In this document: piece after piece, positions 8,302 through 18,087 of the stretch
Layout: each line of letters begins with the position of its first letter
Position numbering within the stretch: position 1 is the first letter of the stretch
Assembly (NCBI RefSeq): GCF_001655005.1
Contig: NZ_LXET01000064.1
Location: 20,538 to 52,537, forward strand
Length of the DNA stretch: 32,000 nucleotides
Source of the DNA: Hafnia paralvei ATCC 29927
GTDB taxonomy: Bacteria > Pseudomonadota > Gammaproteobacteria > Enterobacterales > Enterobacteriaceae
Reading direction: 5' to 3'
The notes under the pieces: generated by a model
The model's input: only the letters and a program-made list of their open reading frames with translations
The model's database searches: none
What the model was told of the DNA's origin: nothing
Translations under genes and position numbers: made by a program

Positions 8302-9417
8302 TTATGCGCCGGTGACAGCGCTGAGGTTTTGCGTTGAAACGGCGACGAGCGCCATATACAGGCCTGACAAAGCGTAAATAATCAGGTTTAACCACCCGGC
8401 CAGACTCTTGATGTTGGCCAGCGTTCGGACTAGCTGGTCGTGGGCAAAACTGTCGATGATGGTTTCCCCCCCGTCCCCTTGCGTGAGGAGTTTGAGGCGG
8501 TTGATCGCATCCTTGGAAGGAAACTGATAGCCAGTTTCATACAACGCGTGACCCAGTGAACGACCGCTTTTCATCAACCGAGTTGTCGCGTTGAGTCGTT
8601 GTCGTAGCCAGAGGGACGCGTGTAGGCTCAATTGCAGTAAGGCGTCTTCTTCTTTCACCTGCGCGCGGGATAGCGCGGCGAAATTCAGTAGAAATGTTGC
8701 CCCCTGAATTTCACGATAAATTGACCAAGGCGGGCATTTATCCATGAAGCGTCGGGCAGGGCCTGTCAGGTTACCCAAAGACCAGTAAGTCCATGCGGCG
8801 ATAAAGAGGACCCCAATGAGCCACACGCTGAGGTGTTGACCAAATAAATCAGAAATGCTGGCCATCCACATCAGGCTTCCCTGCCATTGGTCTCGCGGCT
8901 GTAAGGTTTCCAGTTGCGGAACAAAGTTCCATGACATCATACAGGCCAGTGCTAACAGGCTAAAAAACAGCAGCAGCGGCTGGGTCAGCCGTTCGATGAC
9001 CGTTGAGCGAATATCACGGACAGATAACACCAGCTGCTTAGCACGTCTGAGGGCGTCCGCTAATTGCTTTTCCTGTACGCCGGATTGAATGATGGCTGCT
9101 TCGTTGCGGGGTATCCAGTGGCGAAGTCCCTGATCCAGTGACTTGCCCTGCGTGAGCGATTGGGCGATATCCTCAAGGCAGTAGACACTGGCACCGGGGC
9201 GAAATATCCCTTCTCGTCGATTGGCAGCCATGCCCTTGACGGCATCTTCGAGCTTGACGCTGTTATCGAGTAAAAAGGCTAAATCCTCATAAATCATTAA
9301 GCGATCGCTGGCATTAAAGGTCTTTCGTCCCAGCCAAATCTCAGCCTTTTCCCATCCTTTTTGTAATGGAGACAGCAGCTGCGCGAGCTGTTTATGGATC
9401 GCATCGATATCAAACAT
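8302..9417 (-). CDS. pilR: GspF/PilC-family inner-membrane platform protein, 371 aa
   Basis: Size and repeated-domain membrane topology fit the family. I trimmed the start to ATG 9417 (MFDIDAIHK...), which overlaps the pilQ stop by 8 nt (ATGTTTGA). Confidence 0.8.
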   Translation of the reverse strand: MFDIDAIHKQLAQLLSPLQKGWEKAEIWLGRKTFNASDRLMIYEDLAFLLDNSVKLEDAVKGMAANRREGIFRPGASVYCLEDIAQSLTQGKSLDQGLRHWIPRNEAAIIQSGVQEKQLADALRRAKQLVLSVRDIRSTVIERLTQPLLLFFSLLALACMMSWNFVPQLETLQPRDQWQGSLMWMASISDLFGQHLSVWLIGVLFIAAWTYWSLGNLTGPARRFMDKCPPWSIYREIQGATFLLNFAALSRAQVKEEDALLQLSLHASLWLRQRLNATTRLMKSGRSLGHALYETGYQFPSKDAINRLKLLTQGDGGETIIDSFAHDQLVRTLANIKSLAGWLNLIIYALSGLYMALVAVSTQNLSAVTGA

Positions 9418-10909
9418 TGACGGCCTCTTTCGGTAATAGCAGGCGTTTGTCTTCATCCAGTGGGCAGGTGAAGTGCGCACTGAGGGGATCGACCTGACCG
9501 GCGTTTAGATAATGCTGCAGGTGCGCGCGGCGAGTGATGCCCTGCATGTAATGTACCCAGTAACTGCGGGTTTGCAGTTTGCCGTGACGCTGGTACATGT
9601 CCATAAACATGGCATCGGGTCGGATGACTTCGGCAATAGCGCGGCGTCCAATCACGCCTTTCCAGCAATCAGGGCAACCGTCAGGATGACGGAATGCAAT
9701 GTGCTGGGTATCGGTGTGTTCATCCAGCAGATCTTTTTGACTCGGATGCAAGGCGGGCAGCGCTTGGGTTTTCAGTCGCTCTGCATAAGTCAGTTTGCAA
9801 CGTGGACAGAGCGCCTGCACCAATCGCTGTGACATCAGCCCCATCATGACCTGTGGATCAATGACCAATGAGGCGCTGACACCAAAGGTTTCAATCAAAC
9901 GGTCGATAATACGGATAGCATCAGGAGTATGGACGGTACTTAGAACGATATGTCCCGTGAGTGCGGCGATAATACTGGCCATCGCCGAGTTACGGTCACG
10001 TTGCTCGCCGACCAAAATCGCATCCGGATCGAGTCGCATTCCGCTGGATAACGCACTGCTCCATGCTTGACTCACCGCGTCAGGCTTACTGCGGTCCGCT
10101 TTGATCCCGCACTGAACAGCGCCGGGTATTCCGCCTTCAACGGGGTCCTCAAAGGTTAAGAGATGTCGGGTGCCGTTGGTGAGTTCCATATACATACGGC
10201 ACATCGTGCGCAGCGTCGTGGATTTCCCTGAACCGGTGGGACCGGAGATTAACAGCATCCCTTCGGGCGTCATCAGCATCTGTTCAAGTAGGGCAATCTG
10301 CGCAGGAAGAAAACCCAGCTCGGGCAGTGAGGGTGGATTGTCACCGTCATCGGGTATAAGGCGCATCACGGCTAACAGGCCAAACTCCGTGGGATAGTGC
10401 TCATAGCGCGCCCCAAACAGCCCCACCTGACGCAGAAACTCTTTACGCAGACGCGCACTTTGAGGGCGGTTTGCGTGAAAACTCGGTTCCGCCTCGTCGC
10501 ACATCGACTGAATGATGGTTGAAGCCAGCGTGTAACCTTCGTCCGGTTCAAGGTGCCCGATCTCCCCGAGTTCACCGTGAATGCGAAACAGGATTCGGGT
10601 CAGTCCGTTTTCACCGATGCGATAATGAATATCAGAGGCGTGTTGTTTTAGCGCGTCACGGTAATACGCCAGTACACGGTTTTGTTCCTGAGAGTTATCA
10701 ACGGCACCTTTGGCCATAGCAGCCTGCGCTTGCGGTCCACTTTGATACTCGCGAAGTTGCTGCAGAGAGCAGGTCTCGAGGATGAGACCGGAGCCTTCGC
10801 GAAGCGTTCGCGCGACAGCGCTCTGCACTTCGGGTAAGGCTGCATGGTCTGCCGACACGTAAAGCTTATCGTGTGTCTGCCACAGATAGCGTTCTGCCGA
10901 TTCACTCAT
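9410..10909 (-). CDS. pilQ: GspE/PilB-family pilus assembly ATPase, 499 aa
   Basis: It has the Walker A motif GPTGSGKST and a tetracysteine motif (CPRC ... CPDC). I trimmed the start to ATG 10909 (MSESAERY...), which is preceded by SD GAGGA. Confidence 0.9.
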   Translation of the reverse strand: MSESAERYLWQTHDKLYVSADHAALPEVQSAVARTLREGSGLILETCSLQQLREYQSGPQAQAAMAKGAVDNSQEQNRVLAYYRDALKQHASDIHYRIGENGLTRILFRIHGELGEIGHLEPDEGYTLASTIIQSMCDEAEPSFHANRPQSARLRKEFLRQVGLFGARYEHYPTEFGLLAVMRLIPDDGDNPPSLPELGFLPAQIALLEQMLMTPEGMLLISGPTGSGKSTTLRTMCRMYMELTNGTRHLLTFEDPVEGGIPGAVQCGIKADRSKPDAVSQAWSSALSSGMRLDPDAILVGEQRDRNSAMASIIAALTGHIVLSTVHTPDAIRIIDRLIETFGVSASLVIDPQVMMGLMSQRLVQALCPRCKLTYAERLKTQALPALHPSQKDLLDEHTDTQHIAFRHPDGCPDCWKGVIGRRAIAEVIRPDAMFMDMYQRHGKLQTRSYWVHYMQGITRRAHLQHYLNAGQVDPLSAHFTCPLDEDKRLLLPKEAVNV

Positions 10910-10911
10910 AA

Positions 10912-11427
10912 TTAATCCTCTGCAAAAGCCAGTATCCAAGGCTGCTTGCCTGGTCTGCTGACGGTGACGGCATCGAAGGAGATTTTCTCGACTTTTAGGT
11001 TCGTACCGGGGATAGCGTTGCCGGCTTGAACCATCAGTTGGTTACCCCCGCTGGTTCTGATTAACGCGGAGACTGTTTTTCCGGCCCCCGTGATTTGGAT
11101 TACCAGAGGCGGGGTATCATCTTTTGCCTGTGCTGCCGGCGCAGCTGACTGAGAGGCCGAAGTATCATAAGGCAATGGCGCGCTGGCGAGTGTGCGACTG
11201 TCGCCATCACTGCCGAGCTTTTGAAGCTCAACGAGCGCTTTATCGCGCAGGAGTTGAGCCTGATAGAGCATGGTTTGCGCCTGTATATCTTCCATATTGA
11301 CAACATTACCGCCCGATGGCGGTGTTGAAACCATCATGGCTTCAGGCGGGGGCGGTGTGGGTTCAGATGCAGCCAAAACCAGCACGGGAAACAGTGCCAG
11401 TGAAACCAGTAGGCTATTTCGCAGCAT
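10912..11427 (-). CDS. pilP: Thin-pilus biogenesis protein PilP-like (secreted, Pro/Ala-rich)
   Basis: 171 aa with a signal peptide. The assignment rests on position and size relative to R64 pilP. It overlaps pilO by 14 nt. Confidence 0.5.
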   Translation of the reverse strand: MLRNSLLVSLALFPVLVLAASEPTPPPPEAMMVSTPPSGGNVVNMEDIQAQTMLYQAQLLRDKALVELQKLGSDGDSRTLASAPLPYDTSASQSAAPAAQAKDDTPPLVIQITGAGKTVSALIRTSGGNQLMVQAGNAIPGTNLKVEKISFDAVTVSRPGKQPWILAFAED

Positions 11428-12694
11428 AGAGATATCCCTCTAGGGTATAAGTCAGTTGACCGTCACGCTGAGTCAACGAAACCTGCGACAAACGCAGTCC
11501 GGTATCATCAAAGTGTTGAGTTAAAAACAGGCGGTCAGGGGGAATGTCGGTGACAAAGGTAAACGCATAGGTATTCCACGGGACGTCGATAAGGTTCCCG
11601 GCGTCATCACGTAGCGAATTGTCTTGTTTGACGATTTGCAGCGCTGCATTGATGCGTTGAGCGAAACTGGTGAAGCGCTGCGTTTGTATGGCATTGCTCG
11701 GTACGTTTTCCGCCCCTGTGGTTGGCGGGGCGGTGAAGCTGAGCGAAAAACTACCCATATTAGCCGCACCAGGAATATTAAATTCCGCCGCCACCCCCGG
11801 ATACCAATGAGGAAGTCGATTGGCAAAATCGGCTACGGTACCCCCTTCAGGTAGCGAGTAGTTAACTGACAGGCTTCCGATCGGTGTACATTGCGCCTGT
11901 GCAAACGTCCAGCCCGCGATAGACAGTGGCAGCGTTTTCCAGTGATTGTGGCACGTTTGTAATACGGTATTAAAACGCGGTAGGTCGGCCCACGGACGAT
12001 GCCCGTTTTCACTTTTCATTGCCGCTCGCTTTGCTGCCAGTTCGGCCTGCGCCGCCGCAATTTCTTCCTGTTCCTTGTATTGCTCCCAGTATTGCCAGCT
12101 AAAGTGACCGGCAATAATTAGCGCCAAAAGGACAAGCCATAGCATCGCAGCGGCTTTGACATTGGTCGGCACCAGACGCGGTGTTTTACGTCCTTTCACA
12201 CGTGCCAATAAGTCATCCAAGCTCGGTGAAGGCTGCGTATTTTCAAGCCCAAAACTGTCAGGCGCGACGACCTGCCAGCCTGCGGGGGGCAGGGGATTCA
12301 TCATGATAAAGACATTGATGGCGTTCTTTATCTGCTCGGCTGTGCCGACGATATCGCTCAGTGGGGAAAGCTGGCCGCCAAGCGTGGCCACAAACCACCA
12401 TTGCTCCTCCGATAAAGGAATAACGGCGTAGCCGTTTTGTGGCAAATGAGGCAAGAGATGCAACGCCAGTGAGCGGTACGGCTGACGGTCACGGGATTCA
12501 CGAAAGGCCGACAGGACCGTCGTGCCCAGAAGCCATTTTTCACCGCGCCACACCAGGAAATGGTCAGCACCTTCTGTTTGGGCTTTCTTGCGGGAACGGC
12601 GAGTCGACTGGGGTGAAGTGACCTCCCAGTTGAGCCCCGCCACGTAGTGACACTTTTCATGGTCAACGACGTAAATATTCGGCAGTTTTTCCAT
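11414..12694 (-). CDS. pilO: Thin-pilus biogenesis protein PilO-like (bitopic, central TM helix)
   Basis: 426 aa with the central TM segment AAAMLWLVLLALIIAGHF. The assignment rests on position and size relative to R64 pilO. Confidence 0.5.
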   Translation of the reverse strand: MEKLPNIYVVDHEKCHYVAGLNWEVTSPQSTRRSRKKAQTEGADHFLVWRGEKWLLGTTVLSAFRESRDRQPYRSLALHLLPHLPQNGYAVIPLSEEQWWFVATLGGQLSPLSDIVGTAEQIKNAINVFIMMNPLPPAGWQVVAPDSFGLENTQPSPSLDDLLARVKGRKTPRLVPTNVKAAAMLWLVLLALIIAGHFSWQYWEQYKEQEEIAAAQAELAAKRAAMKSENGHRPWADLPRFNTVLQTCHNHWKTLPLSIAGWTFAQAQCTPIGSLSVNYSLPEGGTVADFANRLPHWYPGVAAEFNIPGAANMGSFSLSFTAPPTTGAENVPSNAIQTQRFTSFAQRINAALQIVKQDNSLRDDAGNLIDVPWNTYAFTFVTDIPPDRLFLTQHFDDTGLRLSQVSLTQRDGQLTYTLEGYLYAAK

Positions 12695-12698
12695 GAAA

Positions 12699-14324
12699 TT
12701 ATCCCATTATGATTGGTGTAACGAACATGACCAATTGAGTCCGGTTCTGCTCACCGCTTGCACCGCCACCCAGACCAAAGAAGCGTGGTGAGCCAACACC
12801 CTGATGATCTGCCGTGGTGTTAAGCTGCTCATAGCCGCTTAATATCAACGTTTGACCTGATTTCATATTGACGCGCTGCGTGAAGGTTTTGAGACGGGTT
12901 TTCATCAGTTCAACAGAACTGTTCTCCCCTTCTTTGACTGTACGCATGGTCGGGTCATCAGACATATTGACGCTGAATTGCAGCTGCATCTGGCTGCTGT
13001 CAGGCATCAAATACGGCAGCACCGTCATATTAAAGCCGGTGGTTATCGTTGAACGTGTGGCAGAAACGCTCGTGCCGACGTTGGCCGTCTGGTCACTGCT
13101 AATATCAGAGATATAGTCTTGCTGCAGGGCAACCTGAATAGGAACGGCACTCAGGTTCGTGGTGAGACTGGATGATTGCGTCGCAACGCTGACTTTGCCT
13201 TGTTCTGATAAAGCTTTGACCAGCGCTTTTGTTCCTGCGCCTTTCCCATCGACGATCATCGCACCGCCGCTGGAAATCGCGTCGTTAGCGTTGGTGAACG
13301 CGTTTGAGAAGGTCGCTTTGACACTACCAAGGCTTAAAACGGCGTCCCAGTCGATGCCGAGCTGGTCAGTGCGTTTGTTTTCGACGCTGTAGATTTGAAC
13401 GTTGAGTACAACCTGACGGTTCAACTCACGGTTGCGGCCGTCAATATACTGGCCTATTTGTGACAGGACGCGAGAGGTATCGGTAACCGTCAGAACACCC
13501 GCTGCGAGATTCATGCGGCCGACACCCGGTGTTAGCATCGACTTCACCGTCGCAGAGACATCACCGTACAGGTTTGACTTGATGGACATGTCGGTGGACT
13601 GCGAGGTGTTGGAGTCGCCGCTAATCCCGCCGCCGCTACCTCCGCCGCTGCTGCCCGTTGAGGATGTTGTGCCACTGACGGTTTTTGAACTGAACCCTGC
13701 CTGTGAGTCCATAAACAAAACAGGAAAGTTTTGCGTGTCGAGATAGTAAATCACTATCCGACCGTCCTCATAACGCCAGGAAAGACCTAGCCGCGCCGTG
13801 ATATTGTCCAGAAAACCGTCGAGTGACCCTTTCCAGTAAACGCCACGTAGAGAAAGGCCGGCACTTGGCCGGGATAGGGACGGTGCAGGCGAACTGCCTC
13901 CCATCTGTGCCAGCGGCATCATGCCGTTGGCATCGGGGGCGGGCAAACTGCCCTTGATTTGTTCTGTTGCGCCGCCTTCCTGTGTTATCTGACGTGCATC
14001 CGGTGTGAGTACCACAGAGATATTACAGGTACGGGTAATAAAAGCGCTGATGTCATTAAGAGATATGGCACCGGGACGATTAATTGGAATAAGGCAGGCG
14101 GGCAGGCGTTCTCTATCGCGTCCTTTGGCGTTAAGAGGAACCGGGTTTATCCACTGACTCGGGAGCTCACGAACGACATTGCCGCTTTTTAAGGTCTGCA
14201 GATGCTTTGTCGTGGTGGTCTCGGTTTCACTGACTTGTTTACCCAGTGAGTCAATTCTGTCTAACGTGCTACAGCCGGGGAGCAGGCACGCCATCGCCAA
14301 CGCAGTGAGCGTTTTTTTCATCAT
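12699..14324 (-). CDS. pilN: Outer-membrane secretin lipoprotein
   Basis: It has the lipobox LLPGCS, a Gly/Ser-rich linker, and a C-terminal secretin signature (...TLILSGYEQL...GLGGG...LVMFVTPIIMG). Confidence 0.85.
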   Translation of the reverse strand: MMKKTLTALAMACLLPGCSTLDRIDSLGKQVSETETTTTKHLQTLKSGNVVRELPSQWINPVPLNAKGRDRERLPACLIPINRPGAISLNDISAFITRTCNISVVLTPDARQITQEGGATEQIKGSLPAPDANGMMPLAQMGGSSPAPSLSRPSAGLSLRGVYWKGSLDGFLDNITARLGLSWRYEDGRIVIYYLDTQNFPVLFMDSQAGFSSKTVSGTTSSTGSSGGGSGGGISGDSNTSQSTDMSIKSNLYGDVSATVKSMLTPGVGRMNLAAGVLTVTDTSRVLSQIGQYIDGRNRELNRQVVLNVQIYSVENKRTDQLGIDWDAVLSLGSVKATFSNAFTNANDAISSGGAMIVDGKGAGTKALVKALSEQGKVSVATQSSSLTTNLSAVPIQVALQQDYISDISSDQTANVGTSVSATRSTITTGFNMTVLPYLMPDSSQMQLQFSVNMSDDPTMRTVKEGENSSVELMKTRLKTFTQRVNMKSGQTLILSGYEQLNTTADHQGVGSPRFFGLGGGASGEQNRTQLVMFVTPIIMG

Positions 14325-14338
14325 TGGAGTTCTCTTAT

Positions 14339-14770
14339 TTAATTAAGACAGACCAGACTGCCGTCAGGCACGGTGCTAGGGACTGCGACCTGCATATCGG
14401 TGTTAGTGGCATCAAACAGTCGCCGACTGCGTACCTGACCCACTAATGCCGTGCGATCGCTTTGGGCCAACAAGGCGTTAAACAATCCGGGCTTCGTCGG
14501 TTGCCATACCCACAGACGGCTGTTGACGACCTGATTTTTCAGATGGTTTGAGAGAGGGATGCCCAATTGACGGACATCGATGGTGCCATTCTCTAAAGGA
14601 TGACTATATCGCCAGTCATTGAGGGCGGTGACATAGGTGAAGGTTTGTCTGGCCTGCTGGGGTAGCTGATTGTGAATGTTCTGCTCTTCCCGTGCCTGCC
14701 CTAAAGGTGAAAAAGATCCGCCATAAATCACCACGGCAAACAGCCCCAGACAATAGAATAGCCAAGGCAT
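14339..14770 (-). CDS. pilM: Thin-pilus biogenesis protein PilM-like
   Basis: 143 aa with an N-terminal TM segment. The assignment rests on position and size only. Its start codon overlaps the pilL stop codon by a single nucleotide (14770). Confidence 0.45.
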   Translation of the reverse strand: MPWLFYCLGLFAVVIYGGSFSPLGQAREEQNIHNQLPQQARQTFTYVTALNDWRYSHPLENGTIDVRQLGIPLSNHLKNQVVNSRLWVWQPTKPGLFNALLAQSDRTALVGQVRSRRLFDATNTDMQVAVPSTVPDGSLVCLN

Positions 14771-15759
14771 CAGCGTGGCTCCTTATCATCAACCAAGAGC
14801 ACGCATTGCGCTGACTGCGTGGCCGCATAGAGCGGGGTCGAAGCGGTACCGTAGAGAATAAAAATGTCGTTGATGGCTTTTTGGAATGTTCCTGTGAACA
14901 CCAATGGCGCGTCAATACGGTAATTGACGCTGGTATTCCATGCGAGTTTCCAAGTGCCTCCGACTGCGCATTTCTCACGGATAGTCCAATCCAGCAGGGT
15001 GTCCTTGAGTGTGGCACCGGTATTCGCCTGCCAGATGAGGGGCTTGATAACGGGAGGTTTCACCACCGCGTGGCTATTTGTTACCACGACGGCTGATGTT
15101 TTTACGCGACTTCCCGTGAATGGATTTTTTCCTGTAGGTTTGTCTGTTGCTGATTTGACTGCAGCTGTCTTTGAGGTGTTCTCGGTCGTTTGGGCTGCAT
15201 CAAAAATTGATACTTTTTGCTCAGGCCAGTTTATCTCTGCGCGGAGTTTTTCTTGTGCCAAAACGCGATTGAGAACATAAGGCCATTGGTCATTGCCGGA
15301 CCATGCCAGCGGACGCCTTACCTCGGGTTTGAGCCCAATGTCATAGTGGATGGTCCAATCGCTCGGCACAATGTTAACGAGGGCTTGCCGGAGCGTTGGC
15401 GCTTTACCTGCTGCCGCCAATGCGGGGATGGTCGGCGTCTTTCCGAGATACGTTAATGTCGGTAAGCGTGCTGATGTCGCTACTGGAGTACGCGACGGCG
15501 CATTGTTCGGCTTGGGTTGGGATAATCCGTGGGCGTTTTGAGTCAGGAGCGAAGACGTTGTGCGAGAGATTCGGGGAGGTGCAGGCAAAACAGGCGTCAG
15601 GGCCGCAATCAGTTGTTGTTGTACGAAGCTGACTTTCTGTGTATTGACCGCCATCATCGAGTCGACAACATCATTGGCTGGTACATCAGGTACATGGCTT
15701 CCCTGAGCTGCGCAGCCACTGAGCAACAGCCCAAAGGCGGTGACAGTGTGTTGTTTCAT
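14770..15759 (-). CDS. pilL: Thin-pilus lipoprotein PilL-like, 329 aa
   Basis: I trimmed the start to ATG 15759 (MKQHTVTAFGLLLSGC...), giving a lipobox at the correct distance and SD GGAG five nt upstream. It is the first large pil gene, as in R64. Confidence 0.65.
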   Translation of the reverse strand: MKQHTVTAFGLLLSGCAAQGSHVPDVPANDVVDSMMAVNTQKVSFVQQQLIAALTPVLPAPPRISRTTSSLLTQNAHGLSQPKPNNAPSRTPVATSARLPTLTYLGKTPTIPALAAAGKAPTLRQALVNIVPSDWTIHYDIGLKPEVRRPLAWSGNDQWPYVLNRVLAQEKLRAEINWPEQKVSIFDAAQTTENTSKTAAVKSATDKPTGKNPFTGSRVKTSAVVVTNSHAVVKPPVIKPLIWQANTGATLKDTLLDWTIREKCAVGGTWKLAWNTSVNYRIDAPLVFTGTFQKAINDIFILYGTASTPLYAATQSAQCVLLVDDKEPR

Positions 15760-15809
15760 GGGGGCTCCATGGTGCGAGATTTTTTTGTTAAGTGGCTTTA
15801 GGATGAGAA

Positions 15810-16223
15810 CTAGGAGAATACATAAATACATGTGGCCAAAATGACGAGTAAGATAACGACGGGTAGGGCTTGGTAAAAAGGGTTAGCAGAGAAGATGTCC
15901 AGTTCTAGAAGGAAAAGCGCATAATCCATGTTTAAAATAAGAAGGGCCCTGAGCTCATAGATAAATAGAGTTATACACTCGGCTATATCACTGTCTAAAA
16001 TCCTTCTGTATTTCATTTTGACTTTAATCATGGCTTTCAAAAGAGAATACCCTACATCAGAGTATTCGGACCAATCATAACTCTCTTCCCTTACACATGT
16101 TTTTAGCAGACTTATCTTATCCTCTAACTGCAACTTTTTTGACAGATTGAACAGGGATAATCTTTTTATAAAATCATCGGTGTTCTCTACAATCAGGTCT
16201 TTATTAGGATAAGTTTTCATCAT
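15810..16223 (-). CDS. Hypothetical tail-anchored protein, 137 aa, in an AT-rich islet (positional equivalent of R64 pilK)
   Basis: The ORF has a C-terminal TM helix (ALPVVILLVILATCIYVFS). Hand counts of four 60-nt lines (15961-16200) give 30-35% G+C, against 57% for a pilL line. Confidence 0.5.
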   Translation of the reverse strand: MMKTYPNKDLIVENTDDFIKRLSLFNLSKKLQLEDKISLLKTCVREESYDWSEYSDVGYSLLKAMIKVKMKYRRILDSDIAECITLFIYELRALLILNMDYALFLLELDIFSANPFYQALPVVILLVILATCIYVFS

Positions 16224-16252
16224 ATTTTCCAGTCACCGTCTACCTAAGATTG

Positions 16253-16759
16253 CTAACGAGTAAACGAAGGAGGCGCGGTAAATGTTGGTGGATAAATATA
16301 AATATCAAACAACTCAGCACCGAAACCCGCTTGCACATGTGTTCCCTTTATAGGTAAAGCCAGCTTATGCGCAAACGTGCTGTTGAGACTGCCACGCTGT
16401 ATATTCCCTGTGAGAGTGACAACCGAAAATTTTGAACGGCTGGACGATACAATGTTGAAAAGTAATGAGAGCTGGTTGTCGTCTTTATCCTTTACTTCGA
16501 AAGGCACGGCTGTCACCTGATCGACGGGGTATGCACCGCTTCCTGAAACCCATAATTCTTTGTGAGACACATCCGAGCTCGACGGGACCTCTCTCCACAC
16601 TTCCCATGAAAATTGACATATCCCTGTTTTTACATCACAGGTTCGTGGTGTGGGTAATACCTGCTCATTAGGCTGTGATGTTGTGCACGATGCCAGTGCA
16701 AGTGCAGAAAGAAGGAGGAGAACGTGTTGACAACGACGGGGGCGCAATAAGTGTGTCAT
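16253..16759 (-). CDS. Hypothetical lipoprotein, 168 aa (positional equivalent of R64 pilJ)
   Basis: It has a signal peptide with the lipobox LALASC and an ATGA overlap with the upstream 64-aa gene. Confidence 0.55.
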   Translation of the reverse strand: MTHLLRPRRCQHVLLLLSALALASCTTSQPNEQVLPTPRTCDVKTGICQFSWEVWREVPSSSDVSHKELWVSGSGAYPVDQVTAVPFEVKDKDDNQLSLLFNIVSSSRSKFSVVTLTGNIQRGSLNSTFAHKLALPIKGTHVQAGFGAELFDIYIYPPTFTAPPSFTR

Positions 16760-16950
16760 GGGTTTTTTCTCTGATTGAGCTGCGAAATGGCTTTATTGAG
16801 TTCGTCAGGTTCAAGTGTTGGCAGTAACTCGATCAGAGCGCAAAGCACATGACGCGCACTCACCGGGATATTGCAGGCGTTTGTTGAACGAATAGCCTGA
16901 AACTCTAACGTTTGGGCATAGTGTTTTTTGAGTGAAAAACAACGCTGCAT
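16756..16950 (-). CDS. Hypothetical 64-aa protein (positional equivalent of R64 pilI)
   Basis: It is translationally coupled (ATGA at 16756-16759) to the next gene and lies 13 nt downstream of the zinc-finger gene. Confidence 0.4.
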   Translation of the reverse strand: MQRCFSLKKHYAQTLEFQAIRSTNACNIPVSARHVLCALIELLPTLEPDELNKAISQLNQRKNP

Positions 16951-16963
16951 ATGAGGTTCCTTA

Positions 16964-17167
16964 TTATTGTGAGATTAATTCGAGAATGGACTGGCAATCC
17001 ACACAACGTTGGACGCCGACAAGCGTTTTTCGACGCAGCTCAGGGATGGGGTCGTGACAGTCACAACAATGCGTGGCTGATGGTCGATGTAATGAATAAG
17101 TGCGGGTAAATTGAAACTGATTTAAAAATTCCATCTCTTCGTCGGCGCGATCACAAATATCAGACAT
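16964..17167 (-). CDS. TraR/DksA-family C4 zinc-finger protein (about 67 aa; alternative start 17179)
   Basis: The sequence CCDCHDPIPELRRKTLVGVQRCVDCQ aligns with F-plasmid TraR CEACGNPIPEARRKIFPGVTLCVECQ. Start MSDICDRADEE is preceded by GGAGA. I rejected the 103-aa version in the ORF track as an upstream extension. Confidence 0.75.
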   Translation of the reverse strand: MSDICDRADEEMEFLNQFQFTRTYSLHRPSATHCCDCHDPIPELRRKTLVGVQRCVDCQSILELISQ

Positions 17168-17225
17168 AGCGTTCTCCATCGTTAACAGCTGGGAAATGTG
17201 AAGGTGGGATGGTGTTGCTGAAAAA

Positions 17226-17882
17226 TCAGTGGTATTGCGGTGTCCAAAGCTTATCGGGTTTTGCTCCCCACACACTTTCAGATAACGACGACATGCCGAT
17301 GTACAGTGTGCGTAATACCGTGCGGCCTAACGCCATTTCATTGCCTCGCATAACCGCAAACCCGAACTGATGAAAAACCTCCTCAAAATGATGATCTTCC
17401 TTATTGAGTACGAGCTGGAACGTCAGCGGCGCGCTCATCTGCCCCGTGGCCTGAAATGACTCTTCTGTACGCGTTAGCTGCAAATAGTGGTTGTGTCGCG
17501 TTTTTGCCCTGTTCATGACTTCGAGGGTGATTTCTTCTGGAAAACGGCACACGCAGCTGCGCCAGTGATTGCTATGCAGCGCATTTTTGGCATCACGTAA
17601 GCGAATAAAATCACATTGGTCACTCAGCACAGACTGCTCCCAAAGCGCGCTTAAGACACCTTCGATGGGCATGTGTTTGTCTTTGGCCAGAAGCTCTCGT
17701 AGAGAACTGAACTCTCTGGCTAATCCAGAAAAAGTCGTCACTCTACGTGCTTGAGTGAGCCACTGAGCCAGAAATTTTCGTTGTGAAGATTCAGATTGAA
17801 AGGGTGTGTCATCATGGGCGCAACGCAGAGCAACCAGCATGCACCACAATAGATGTGATACCGGGTTTTCGAGTTGAGACAT
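17226..17882 (-). CDS. Hypothetical protein in the position of R64 traC (transfer-gene activator), 218 aa
   Basis: The ORF starts at ATG 17882 (MSQLENPVSHLLWCMLVAL...). It is the second gene of the operon, after the NusG-like gene. A diverged full-length paralogue lies at 24490-25101. Confidence 0.55.
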   Translation of the reverse strand: MSQLENPVSHLLWCMLVALRCAHDDTPFQSESSQRKFLAQWLTQARRVTTFSGLAREFSSLRELLAKDKHMPIEGVLSALWEQSVLSDQCDFIRLRDAKNALHSNHWRSCVCRFPEEITLEVMNRAKTRHNHYLQLTRTEESFQATGQMSAPLTFQLVLNKEDHHFEEVFHQFGFAVMRGNEMALGRTVLRTLYIGMSSLSESVWGAKPDKLWTPQYH

Positions 17883-18032
17883 AGGCGATACCAAAGGTGA
17901 GTAGAAAACTATTTTGGACTGATGCCTGTTTTCCCTGCTGTCTTGAGGTTAACGAGGGTTGAGACAGTTCACGGCAAAAGAACGGGGGATGTTCATCGAA
18001 AGGTGCCGGTCAGGCATCAGGCCAAAATAGTC

Positions 18033-18057
18033 AAAAAAATGCCCCAAAATTTGGGGC
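18033..18057 (-). terminator. Intrinsic terminator immediately downstream of the NusG-like gene
   Basis: The minus-strand RNA reads GCCCCAAAUUUUGGGGC followed by AUUUUUUU. The stem has five G:C pairs plus A:U pairs. It starts 30 nt after the stop at 18088. Confidence 0.6.
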
Positions 18058-18087
18058 CATTGGGGCAAAAGGAACTTGCTACATGGT

